Below, piece after piece: positions 23,272 through 32,276 of a DNA stretch of 40,316 nt. The stretch is from an uncultured virus (IMG/VR IMGVR_UViG_2061766007_000136). Taxonomy: Duplodnaviria > Heunggongvirae > Uroviricota > Caudoviricetes. Where the stretch lies: the IMG/VR virus record IMGVR_UViG_2061766007_000136; one strand, 5' to 3'. Every line of letters begins with the position of its first letter. Positions within the stretch are counted from its first letter, which is position 1. The notes beneath the pieces are model-generated. The model was given only the letters and a program-made list of their open reading frames with translations. It was not told where the DNA came from and ran no database searches. The translations under genes and the position numbers were made by a program.

Positions 23272-23482
23272 TCCATTTGCTAAGTTGATGCTCCATGCGA
23301 TAAGGGCAATGTATCGGTACGGAATATTCCTTGAACGACTTAGACAGCATTCCAACTCCGTCCATGAAACCGCATCCGTACAAATCATGAGGTGTTCTTA
23401 CACCCGTCGCGAAATCAATAGACCAGTATCCAGACTTGAACAGATGTTCGCAATCCTTGCAAATGTTGAATTCCCGTTTCAT
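23255..23482 (-). CDS. Cys-rich array member
   Basis: Family motif. Confidence 0.8.
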   Translation of the reverse strand: MKREFNICKDCEHLFKSGYWSIDFATGVRTPHDLYGCGFMDGVGMLSKSFKEYSVPIHCPYRMEHQLSKWNEEDV

Positions 23483-23910
23483 TTTTTATTTTGTGTCTGT
23501 TCTTTACAAATTTCGTTCCATTTATCCTTCAACACTTCTTCATGAATCTTGCGTAATTGCTCTTCCCGCATGCTTTGGAAGGACATGTCCTTTTCATCAT
23601 CATCATTCCATGTCACGAATTTAAGGTCTCCGATAAGTGGACACGTGACAGTATCGGCATATTCATGCTCATAAGTCACCTTGTTCATCCATCCTATTTT
23701 TATTCTGTCTGCTTCACACGCATAATATTCGCATTCCTTGTCATCCCATCTCCCCTTTGTCATCATCTTCCTCTGAAAATGCTCACAGTCCTTGCAGACA
23801 TCAATATCCCTGTATATCTTCCGTTTCTCGTCCCTCATTCGTTGCAATGAACCAACCGATTTCGCCGTCCATTTTTCATCAATTTGTTCATCATTGCGCA
23901 CAACTTTCAT
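23479..23910 (-). CDS. Cys-rich array member (MKVVRND subtype)
   Basis: DIDVCKDC...CPL. Confidence 0.8.
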   Translation of the reverse strand: MKVVRNDEQIDEKWTAKSVGSLQRMRDEKRKIYRDIDVCKDCEHFQRKMMTKGRWDDKECEYYACEADRIKIGWMNKVTYEHEYADTVTCPLIGDLKFVTWNDDDEKDMSFQSMREEQLRKIHEEVLKDKWNEICKEQTQNKK

Positions 23911-24104
23911 TTCACATCTCCTTTCTTATCCATAAAGCAATTTTCAGCAGGTACTTCCAATTCATTCCATTTTCCTTTCCTGTCCACTCTTGTCCAGTTT
24001 TCAGAGCCGTCGTCCTTCAGACAGCGAAGAACTGGAAGACCTATCTCGACCATCGCCACATCGAAATACATGCACTTCTTGCAAGTCTCCCAGTTCCTTT
24101 TCAT
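23907..24104 (-). CDS. Cys-rich array member
   Basis: Family motif. Confidence 0.75.
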   Translation of the reverse strand: MKRNWETCKKCMYFDVAMVEIGLPVLRCLKDDGSENWTRVDRKGKWNELEVPAENCFMDKKGDVK

Positions 24105-24385
24105 TCTTCGTCATTCCATTGTAAAAGACAATACTCTGCATAGTAATCGCAATTGACTGGGACATGCCTCTTAAAGAAAGACCTTTTTCTCACGGACAAT
24201 TCAGAATGCATAAATCCGTCTTTTCCCTTGTTGCATATTCCACAAAAGAAGCAGTCATCATACTCTAAAACCCTTGTCAAAGCAAAATGCAATTTCTCGC
24301 ACTTGCAACATATCTCTGGCTTGCGAACCAAAGACATGTCGAGTCTCTGACCACTACTTTTTTCAACTATTCTTTTCTTCATCAT
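24101..24385 (-). CDS. Cys-rich array member
   Basis: Family motif. Confidence 0.8.
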   Translation of the reverse strand: MMKKRIVEKSSGQRLDMSLVRKPEICCKCEKLHFALTRVLEYDDCFFCGICNKGKDGFMHSELSVRKRSFFKRHVPVNCDYYAEYCLLQWNDEE

Positions 24386-24626
24386 TCCATTCTTTCAGAT
24401 TGTATTCCATTTTCAGTGTACACCGCCTCGGAACAGGAAGTTCCTTGTAATCACATTCCTTCTTGGCATCCAAGTCAAAAGACCTGCACAGATATCGATA
24501 AAACCAAATGCTGTCATATCGTCTGAAATCCTTGCAAAGCTGGCATATCTTAATATCCCTTTTCTGTGTAATCGGGGATTCAAGACTACTGTTATGGCAT
24601 TCTTCCATCATTATTCTCCTTTTCAT
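24363..24626 (-). CDS. Cys-rich array member
   Basis: Family motif. Confidence 0.78.
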   Translation of the reverse strand: MKRRIMMEECHNSSLESPITQKRDIKICQLCKDFRRYDSIWFYRYLCRSFDLDAKKECDYKELPVPRRCTLKMEYNLKEWNDEEKNS

Positions 24627-24861
24627 TCCATTCCTTGATGCAATATTCAGCCCTATATTCGCAATTGTCTGGCACATCCTGTTGCTCCCAACTGCTTCTT
24701 GAAAAGCAATTCAATTTGACACGCTCCTGACCGTCCTCAAAAAAATATCCCTCCATAATACTTCCAGACTTCGCGCAATGATACATTCCATCGAATATTC
24801 TCACTTCGCTAAACCAATTGCATTTCTCACATATCTTCCAATTTCTCTTAATTGCTTCCAT
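24592..24861 (-). CDS. Cys-rich array member
   Basis: Family motif. Confidence 0.8.
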   Translation of the reverse strand: MEAIKRNWKICEKCNWFSEVRIFDGMYHCAKSGSIMEGYFFEDGQERVKLNCFSRSSWEQQDVPDNCEYRAEYCIKEWNEKENNDGRMP

Positions 24862-25042
24862 CGTGCTTATTCCATGACAAAATACAATATTCCGCATACA
24901 TCGGGCAGTTCTTCGGAACTTCCAGTTTCCGTGTCTTCTTCCACGGCTTTTTCCACATCAGTGTACACGGGTCTTTCTTCAAACACTTCATATCTGGCTG
25001 ATAATGGTCGCAATCTCTGCATATCTTATATATCCTCTTCAT
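24848..25042 (-). CDS. Cys-rich array member
   Basis: Family motif. Confidence 0.8.
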   Translation of the reverse strand: MKRIYKICRDCDHYQPDMKCLKKDPCTLMWKKPWKKTRKLEVPKNCPMYAEYCILSWNKHDGSN

Positions 25043-25241
25043 CGCCGTTCCAATCGGTCATCTTGTATTCAGCCAGAAGCTCGCAGTCATTGGGGACATC
25101 CATCATCTCGAACTTTTCCCGATTTGTTCTATGAATGCTTACTTTTCCAATATCACTGGCGCATATCATCGCACCAAACACAGGGAAAGAATAGAAATTC
25201 CTGCAATGCCTGCAAAGATTAACTCTTCTTCTTATCACCAT
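25026..25241 (-). CDS. Cys-rich array member
   Basis: Family motif. Confidence 0.8.
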   Translation of the reverse strand: MVIRRRVNLCRHCRNFYSFPVFGAMICASDIGKVSIHRTNREKFEMMDVPNDCELLAEYKMTDWNGDEEDI

Positions 25242-25464
25242 TGTCGTTCCAATTCGTAAGACACTGCTCCGTCTTGAACAAACATGTGCTTGGGACTTCA
25301 GTGCTCTCGAAATTCTTTACAATTCGGTTCTGGTCGCAATTCCCGTTGGCTTTCACGGAATTGACATCCGTTATGCAACCATAGAAATGCAACTTCTTGT
25401 CATCGTCCGTCACAGCGGAATAGAAATAAGAACATTGTTTACAAACATCATATTTCTTTTTCAT
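25219..25464 (-). CDS. Cys-rich array member
   Basis: Family motif. Confidence 0.8.
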   Translation of the reverse strand: MKKKYDVCKQCSYFYSAVTDDDKKLHFYGCITDVNSVKANGNCDQNRIVKNFESTEVPSTCLFKTEQCLTNWNDNGDKKKS

Positions 25465-25708
25465 CTTTCTTATCCTTGTTCCATGATGTCATAGCCTGCT
25501 CCACATAGAAAGGGCATGACTTCGGTGCTTCTATCATTTCAAATTGCTCCTTGCAATATCTCCTCTTTATCTTTGTACTTGTTTCAAGCTCGCACTGATA
25601 TAATTGCTTCCCCGTAAATACCACCATCTTGGAACTCCTATCACAGGAAAAATTATTGCACTTTCTGCAAAGATTCAATGTTCTTTTCTTATTTATTTGC
25701 TTATCCAT
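25448..25708 (-). CDS. Cys-rich array member
   Basis: Family motif. Confidence 0.8.
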   Translation of the reverse strand: MDKQINKKRTLNLCRKCNNFSCDRSSKMVVFTGKQLYQCELETSTKIKRRYCKEQFEMIEAPKSCPFYVEQAMTSWNKDKKDEKEI

Positions 25709-25709
25709 T

Positions 25710-25946
25710 TCAATCTCCTTTATTCCAATCAATTATCTGGTATTCCGCTCTCATGGTGCAGTCGCTTGGAACTTCTTCCAGCACATATAAAGAATCTTTT
25801 TTGAACACAGGATGCTGAAAGACATTCCCTTCCACATTAAGCCATTTCTTCACACGACTGCAAGCATACCTATCTTCCTTGCTTACAGAAACATAATGCA
25901 GGCAATCCTTGCAATTAAGGCATATTTCAAGGTTTCTTTTCATCAT
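25710..25946 (-). CDS. Cys-rich array member
   Basis: Family motif. Confidence 0.8.
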   Translation of the reverse strand: MMKRNLEICLNCKDCLHYVSVSKEDRYACSRVKKWLNVEGNVFQHPVFKKDSLYVLEEVPSDCTMRAEYQIIDWNKGD

Positions 25947-26139
25947 TCCACTCCTGCATGTCATGCTCAGTTCTAAAAGGACATTCCTCAGCAATCTGCT
26001 GTCTTTCAAAAGCCTCAGCCTCGTAACATGACCCGAAATCCGTCCACCACATATCAACGATTTTACATTGAAACACCGACTCCCCGACCTGCTCGAATTC
26101 AGGACAGTGCCTGCAAATCTCAATCCTTCTTCTTGTCAT
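25927..26139 (-). CDS. Cys-rich array member
   Basis: Family motif. Confidence 0.8.
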   Translation of the reverse strand: MTRRRIEICRHCPEFEQVGESVFQCKIVDMWWTDFGSCYEAEAFERQQIAEECPFRTEHDMQEWNDEKKP

Positions 26140-26146
26140 TTCCTAT

Positions 26147-26386
26147 TTAACTATTTAACGTAGCAATCATTTGCTCCACTTTGAAAGAACAATTAACAGG
26201 TATACTCCTTCTTGTAAATTTCTTGGCACCAGCAAGACAAACAGGAAATCCGTTTTCTGTTGATTCCAATCCACATGTATATATGTTTATTTCATTCTCT
26301 TCTGTAAATGAAAATATATCATGCTGAAAATGAGGGCAGTTTAAACATATCTTAATGTGTCGTCTTATTTCGTTCGTCTTTTCCAT
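26147..26386 (-). CDS. Cys-rich array member
   Basis: Family motif. Confidence 0.8.
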   Translation of the reverse strand: MEKTNEIRRHIKICLNCPHFQHDIFSFTEENEINIYTCGLESTENGFPVCLAGAKKFTRRSIPVNCSFKVEQMIATLNS

Positions 26387-26609
26387 CTTTGTTCCAATCC
26401 ATTATCAAATATTCCGCTTTGTATATGCAAGTGCTTGGAATGTCTTCCAATTCATAGTATGTCCATTCGCGCCAGATTTTCATATACCAACTATCTGCAT
26501 TGAGACAACAAAATTGCTCCGAATCCTCGTCTGCTATCATAGTCCTGAATTCAGAACAAGTCTTACAGATGCGTATCTTCCTTTTTATACCTCTGTTACA
26601 TTCCTTCAT
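26352..26609 (-). CDS. Cys-rich array member
   Basis: Family motif. Confidence 0.8.
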   Translation of the reverse strand: MKECNRGIKRKIRICKTCSEFRTMIADEDSEQFCCLNADSWYMKIWREWTYYELEDIPSTCIYKAEYLIMDWNKDGKDERNKTTH

Positions 26610-26727
26610 CCTCGTTCCACTCCGTCAACTTCTGCTCCGTCAGGAAGANNNNNNNNNNATGCACCAGAATGCCATCGGAAACATCGCGTCTCCCCTGACC
26701 GCGAACCTCCTGCATTTCGAGCAGATG

Positions 26728-26979
26728 TCAATGTCTCTCTTCGGTCTCTCCGTCATCGTTACACTCCGTCACAAGGTATTCCGCGTAAAGCAAACAGCCA
26801 TCAGGCAGGTCAACCGTCTCCCATGCGTCGCTACAGTACGACGGGCAGTAACGGATGGACTTGTTCTGCGCATCCGTAAAAGTCTCGCAACCGCAGGAGC
26901 AGTATTCCTTTCCGTCTTTCGCGACAAACTTGCCGAACATCCCCGCGCATTGCCCGCAAAGTTTCAGCTTGCGCTTCAT
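26728..26979 (-). CDS. Cys-rich array member
   Basis: Family motif. Confidence 0.78.
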   Translation of the reverse strand: MKRKLKLCGQCAGMFGKFVAKDGKEYCSCGCETFTDAQNKSIRYCPSYCSDAWETVDLPDGCLLYAEYLVTECNDDGETEERH

Positions 26980-27206
26980 CCGTTCAATTCCTCAATCAAG
27001 TACTCAGCGTAATACACGCAGTAATTCGGCACGTCTCTCTTCTCCCATTCGTCGATGTGGATGCACTCGTACAGCGCACGGTAGTTTTTCCTGTCCGCAT
27101 CATCATGGCAATGGTAGTGGTGGTCCGTCCTCTTCATTTCCCAAGGGATGACCTTCCACTTCCTGAAGCAATGGCAATTCCTGCAAACATCAAGCCTTCT
27201 CTTCAT
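26976..27206 (-). CDS. Cys-rich array member (close homologue of 22583-22837)
   Basis: Family motif. Confidence 0.78.
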   Translation of the reverse strand: MKRRLDVCRNCHCFRKWKVIPWEMKRTDHHYHCHDDADRKNYRALYECIHIDEWEKRDVPNYCVYYAEYLIEELNG

Positions 27207-27405
27207 CGTTCCATTCCGACAACTTGTGCTCCATGCGGAAAGGGCACAGGGGAGGTACATCCATCCTGTGCCAATTCCTGAACGCCTTGTGGTCGAATTC
27301 CCTGTAGTTGCGGTTGCAGAAGTACTCGGATTCCTTGATATGCGAGTAGCCTTGCCACTTAATCCGATGTGGGCACTGCCTGCAAATCGCCCTGTTTCTT
27401 TTCAT
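27190..27405 (-). CDS. Cys-rich array member (close homologue of 22821-23039)
   Basis: FCNRNYR.FDH shared. Confidence 0.78.
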   Translation of the reverse strand: MKRNRAICRQCPHRIKWQGYSHIKESEYFCNRNYREFDHKAFRNWHRMDVPPLCPFRMEHKLSEWNDEEKA

Positions 27406-28166
27406 CGCCATTCCATTCGTTGATGCAGTGCTCCGTGCGGTACGGGCAGTTGTTCGGAATGTCATGGTCGTGGAACTTCTCGCATTCCATCGGCATGTCG
27501 TCCATCAGGACGCATGCGTGGACGACGTTTTCCTTCTTTTCGTCATCGTCGGCGAAGACGAAGTNNNNNNNNNNNNNNNNNNNNNNNNNNNNNNNNNNNN
27601 NNNNNNNNNNNNNNNNNNNNNNNNNNNNNNNNNNNNNNNNNNNNNNNNNNNNNNNNNNNNNNNNNNNNNNNNNNNNNNNCGCCGTCGTCATTCCACGACA
27701 CGAATTTCAGGTCTGTCAAGAAAGGGCATGTGGCGGAATCCGCATATTCATGCTCGTAGATTGTCTTGTCCATCCACCCGACTTTTATCCTGTCCGCTTC
27801 ACAAGCATAGCACTCACGCTCCTTTCCATCGCTTTCCTGCGTCATTTCCCTCTTGAAATGCTCGCATGACTGGCATACTTCTATATCCCTGTATATCCTC
27901 TTCCTGTCATCCATCTTCTTCGGCAACGCTCCGATGGCTTTGACGTTGTTCAACTTGCCAGCCTTGTCATCGCCACTCACGACTTCCATCCCCTNNNNNN
28001 NNNNNNNNNNNNNNNNNNNNNNNNNNNNNNNNNNNNNNNNNNNNNNNNNNNNNNNNNNNNNNNNNNNNNNNNNNNNNNNNNNNNNNNNAACGCAGCACGG
28101 GAAGACCATTCTCGACCATCACCACGTCGAAAAACATGCATTTCTTGCAAGTCTCCCAATCCCTTT

Positions 28167-28424
28167 TCATTCACCTTCGTTCCATTCCTTCAGCTTGTAC
28201 TCCATTTGCATCTCGCACTTCCTTGGAACAAGAAGCTCCTTGTACTGCCATTCCTTCCTCGCCTCAAGGTCGTAGCCGTTGCACCGATATTTGTAGAACC
28301 AAATCCAGTCGTACCGCCTGAATTCATTGCACTGCTTGCATATATCAATGTCCCTCTTCTGGATAATTGGCGAATCGAGACTACTGTTCTGACCTTCGTC
28401 CATCGTCGTTCTCCTTTTCATCAC
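28167..28424 (-). CDS. Cys-rich array member (close homologue of 24363-24626)
   Basis: FRRYD.IWFY shared. Confidence 0.78.
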   Translation of the reverse strand: MMKRRTTMDEGQNSSLDSPIIQKRDIDICKQCNEFRRYDWIWFYKYRCNGYDLEARKEWQYKELLVPRKCEMQMEYKLKEWNEGE

Positions 28425-29845
28425 CGCTCCATTCCATGACGCAATACTCAGCCTTGAACTCGCAACAATCGGGTATGTCCTGGTTAGCCCAGTTGGTCTT
28501 CGAAAAGCTGTTCAGCTTGACGTAGTGTTGCCCGTCTTCAAAGTACCCTTCCATGATAGCCCCAGACAGCATGCAGTAGTACATCTCGCCTAATAAGCTG
28601 ACAACNNNNNNNNNNNNNNNNNNNNNNNNNNNNNNNNTCCAATCCATGATGCAATACTCGGCGTACATCGGGCAGTTTTTCGGGACTTCCAGCTTCCGCT
28701 TCTTCCACGGAACCTCCCGCGTCAGACGGCACGGGTCTAGCTTCGAATATTTCATGTCTGGCTAGAAATGCTCGCAATCCCTGCATATCTTATACTTTCT
28801 TCTCATTCCCGTTCCAGTTCTGGAGGCACTGTTCAGCCCTGAGATGGCAGTCCTTGGAGACTTCAGACCCTTCGAAAATCTTCCTGACATGCTCTTCGCT
28901 GAACCCAATCTCCTTCGCTGGACTCTCGTCGTTGATGCATCCGTAGTAAAGCAACTTCTTGCCTTCGTTCGTCCTGCAAGCATAGAACATGTTGCACGAC
29001 TTGCAGACCTCNNNNNNNNNNNNNNNNNNNNNNNNNNNNNNNNNNNNNNNNNNNTGGAACGGGCATCCCTTCGGAATGTCGCCTTCCTTGAATTTCTCCT
29101 GAGAGCACCATTTGTCAAAATGGTACCCCATCCTTGTCCGCTTGTCCTTGTGGCATACGTAAAGCCTCTTCCCCATGTACTTCACTTCGGCTCTATTCTT
29201 GATGCACTCNNNNNNNNNNNNNNNNNNNNNNNNNNNNNNNNNNNNNNNNNNTTCCTCGCCATCGTTCCACTCCGTCATGTCCTGCTCCATCTTGAAAGGG
29301 CAGTCGTCTGGGATTTTGACCTTTTCATAGTCCCTCTCCCCATATCTGACATAGTACACGCCGAAAAACGTCTCGTCGGTGTCGGCAATCATGCACATGC
29401 ANNNNNNNNNNNNNNNNNNNNNNNNNNNNNNNNNNNNNNNNNNNNNNTCCTTCTCCTCGCCATCCCTGTTCCATCGCTCTAAACGATGCTCCATCTTGAA
29501 CATGCAGTACTCTGGAACCTTGAGGTTCTCGTACCGATTGACGGTCGGCTCCGTCCCGTGGAACAGCAGGTCTCTCGCCGAGTATGTGCATGCGTACTCG
29601 CCCTTCTTGTTGCAGAAGCACTCGCACTTGAGGCAGANNNNNNNNNNNNNNNNNNNNNNNNNNNNNNNNNNNNCTTGTTCCAATCCATCATCAGGTATTC
29701 CACTTTGCATTTGCAAGTGCTCGGAACATCCACAAGCTCGTAGTACATCAATTCACGCCAGATTTTAATGTACCAGCTATCACCATTGAGACAGCAGAAC
29801 TCCTCCGAACCCTCATTTACCGTCCTTCTGAATTCAGAGCAAGTC

Positions 29846-30100
29846 TCACAGATGCGCATCTTCCTTCTTATGCCCCTGTTCCATTCCTTCATCCTCGTTC
29901 CACTCCGTCAACTTCTGCTCCGTCAGGAAGACGCATTCTTCTGGAACTTCCCTTTCAAAAAATTCCTCCCTGCTTGTAAGATGGATGAACGCCTCTCCCG
30001 TCTTCATGCAGTAAAAATGAGGAGGACTCCATTTCCCATAACCTTTGTAGGCTACGAACTGCTTGCAACAGTCGCAAATCTCAGGCTTTCTTTTCATCAT
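29846..30100 (-). CDS. Cys-rich array member
   Basis: Family motif. Confidence 0.78.
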   Translation of the reverse strand: MMKRKPEICDCCKQFVAYKGYGKWSPPHFYCMKTGEAFIHLTSREEFFEREVPEECVFLTEQKLTEWNEDEGMEQGHKKEDAHL

Positions 30101-30284
30101 TCTTGTTCCAGTTCGCAATGCAATGTTCAGCGTACATCGGGCAGTTCTTCGGGACGTTTTTCCGAAGGAACTCATGTATGGACCTTNNNNNNNNNNNNNN
30201 NNNNNNTCTTGCGCAGTAGAACTTGGCGAAATACGCAATAACGAAATCGTCGCATTGACCGCATACCTCACGTATTTTCTTCAT
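30081..30284 (-). CDS. Cys-rich array member (N-gap inside)
   Basis: Family motif. Confidence 0.7.
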   Translation of the reverse strand: MKKIREVCGQCDDFVIAYFAKFYCARXXXXXXXRSIHEFLRKNVPKNCPMYAEHCIANWNKNDEKKA

Positions 30285-30452
30285 CGTCCCCGTTCCATTC
30301 GTTCATGCAGTACTCCGTGTAGAAATCGCATTTGACCGTGATTTCCTCGTCCTCGAAATCCCTGTCGGACTGTAGGACATANNNNNNNNNNCGGGGGGCT
30401 GAATTTACCATAACCCTTGTAGGCTACGAACTGCTTGCAGTGGTCGCAAATC

Positions 30453-30722
30453 TCAGGCTTTCTTTTCATCCTTGTTCCATTCGTTCAAACAATATTCTGT
30501 ATAGAAATCACATTTAACCGTGATGTCCTCATTCTCGAAGTCCTTTTTGGATTGAAGAACATATATCCCGCTGGTTCCATCCATCGACGCTACAGTTATG
30601 CCTATCACCCCTTCTGGGTGGTCTGTAAAATCAGCCTTCATGCAAATGTTCATATTAGTACCCAATGCCTTCGCCTTAGAATAATGAGGGCATTTTTTGC
30701 AAATGTTAAGCTTCCTTTTCAT
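30453..30722 (-). CDS. Cys-rich array member
   Basis: Family motif. Confidence 0.8.
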   Translation of the reverse strand: MKRKLNICKKCPHYSKAKALGTNMNICMKADFTDHPEGVIGITVASMDGTSGIYVLQSKKDFENEDITVKCDFYTEYCLNEWNKDEKKA

Positions 30723-30939
30723 CCTTGTTCCATTCCTTCATCTTGTATTCAACAAGGCACTGGCATCCTTTTGGTATATCCAGTTTTTTGAACTTGTTCT
30801 TTGTATCCCCAACAATATATGGAGTAAATCTGAGCATGCATCGTTCCTTGTATTCCTGCAAACACACATACCTGTTCGCATATCCTTTTGACTTTTGAAG
30901 TTCAGAACAATTCATGCAAATTCCGAAATCCCTTTTCAT
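30706..30939 (-). CDS. Cys-rich array member
   Basis: Family motif. Confidence 0.8.
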   Translation of the reverse strand: MKRDFGICMNCSELQKSKGYANRYVCLQEYKERCMLRFTPYIVGDTKNKFKKLDIPKGCQCLVEYKMKEWNKDEKEA

Positions 30940-31685
30940 CAGAACAACTCTAGTTGGCTTCCTTTTCCTTCAATCCTATCCTTCGCAATCTGGAAATACT
31001 TTTCTTCAAGTTCGATTCCTATGAAACGCCTGTTCGTATTCTTGCAGGCGATTCCAGTCGTTCCAGACCCCATGCAATTGTCCAGCACAACACCGTCCTC
31101 TGGACAATACGCCTTCACCAGCCATTCCATCAGTTCCACAGGCTTCTGCGTTGGATGCACCTGGTCTTGCCTCCGCCATTTCTGCGGGAAATCAAGAATA
31201 GTCGATGGATGCCTCGTTCCGTCGTTCGAATGCTCCGTCCCGCTGATTCCGAACTTCAAATTGTTGTTCTTGTTCGGAGTCCAGTTGCGGTGATACGGAG
31301 TGCCTTTCTCCATCTGGGGTTCATAGTACGCAGCGGACTCTCCGAACACAAGGATGTTTTCATGCTTCTTCATCGGCATGTACTTCGCAGTAAACGGGCT
31401 TCCGCATTTCGACTTCTTCCAAATAAGCTCATATCGGAACTTCTTCTCATTTGACAAGGCGAGTTTGTAGGCGAACAATCCTGTTCCAAATAACAGGATA
31501 TTTCCCTTCTTCTTGATGATTCGGTCATATTGCTCCCACAACTTGTCGAAAGGAATGATGACATCCCACGGGCATGAAGTGGACCCGAAGGGTAAATCGC
31601 AGAGAATCAAATCCACGGATTTATCTGCAATTCCCTTCATGATTTCAAGACAGTCGCCTTGATACAGTTGTATCTTTTCATCCAT
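30939..31685 (-). CDS. site-specific DNA methyltransferase (N6-adenine/N4-cytosine, beta class)
   Basis: GDCLE, DLILCDLPFG (motif IV), HPTQKP, VLDNCMGSGTT (motif I). Confidence 0.93.
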   Translation of the reverse strand: MDEKIQLYQGDCLEIMKGIADKSVDLILCDLPFGSTSCPWDVIIPFDKLWEQYDRIIKKKGNILLFGTGLFAYKLALSNEKKFRYELIWKKSKCGSPFTAKYMPMKKHENILVFGESAAYYEPQMEKGTPYHRNWTPNKNNNLKFGISGTEHSNDGTRHPSTILDFPQKWRRQDQVHPTQKPVELMEWLVKAYCPEDGVVLDNCMGSGTTGIACKNTNRRFIGIELEEKYFQIAKDRIEGKGSQLELF

Positions 31686-31707
31686 AATGATTATTGTCCT
31701 TTCTAAT

Positions 31708-31735
31708 AATATGACACACAATCATCAGAAGTCAA
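31708..31735 (-). promoter_or_regulatory. sigma70-like promoter driving the MTase and Cys-rich array
   Basis: TTGACT-N16-CATATT. Confidence 0.68.
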
Positions 31736-31740
31736 GTAAA

Positions 31741-32007
31741 TCAGTCGTCGAGATTATACAACTCAACCATTCTTTCTGTATACATCGGGCATCCATTCCA
31801 GATGTTTTTCATATCAAGCACCATGACTTTCACCATGTCTTCGCATGTCGAATCATCTGGCATGAAATCCATATGATTGTCACTCCAAAAACAAAGCACA
31901 TAATTCCCTCTTGAGTCTCGTGGGTCGAATCTATATCGATGAAAATGTAACCACTCGCAATGCATACATTCATCACACCACTTTTCAGCATATTCTTTTT
32001 TTGTCAT
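31741..32007 (-). CDS. Cys-rich family member (divergent)
   Basis: CDEC..C...GCPMYTERMVELYN. Confidence 0.7.
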   Translation of the reverse strand: MTKKEYAEKWCDECMHCEWLHFHRYRFDPRDSRGNYVLCFWSDNHMDFMPDDSTCEDMVKVMVLDMKNIWNGCPMYTERMVELYNLDD

Positions 32008-32014
32008 AATCATT

Positions 32015-32049
32015 AAAAAGGCGCAAGTTGAGTTCTTCAACTTGCGCCT
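32015..32049 (-). terminator. intrinsic terminator
   Basis: AGGCGCAAGTTGA-AGAAC-TCAACTTGCGCCT-TTTT. Confidence 0.85.
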
Positions 32050-32064
32050 CTCCTCATGTCAATC

Positions 32065-32274
32065 TTATTTCACGACTCTACGTGCGAATTTGTCCAAAAG
32101 CTCATCTGGCGTGATATGGATTTTCTTGTTCAGGATATTGTCGCTTCTGCCACAATAATTATCCTTACCATGATATTCAAGCCAGTATGACTTCCCTTTT
32201 TCGAATATGGAGAAGGATTCCATACAAGTAAGGAATCCATTCCCCACACGTTCCTTTTTCTCTTTCTCAGTCAT
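32065..32274 (-). CDS. hypothetical protein
   Basis: 69-aa ORF coupled to the SPFH gene. Confidence 0.7.
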   Translation of the reverse strand: MTEKEKKERVGNGFLTCMESFSIFEKGKSYWLEYHGKDNYCGRSDNILNKKIHITPDELLDKFARRVVK

Positions 32275-32276
32275 TA

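Larger units (their letters stand above)
18334..30939 (-). repeat. tandem array of ~50 small Cys-rich paralogous genes (block 1)
   Basis: Each ORF follows MKR..(E/D)IC..C ... C ... (V/I)P..C.(Y/F/M)..E....(E/D)WN; overlapping stop/start. Confidence 0.9.

Noticed and set aside
18334..30939. CRISPR array, integron or diversity-generating retroelement
   Set aside because: The repeats are coding and degenerate. No attC-like palindromes, integrase, Cas or reverse transcriptase gene is visible in the window.
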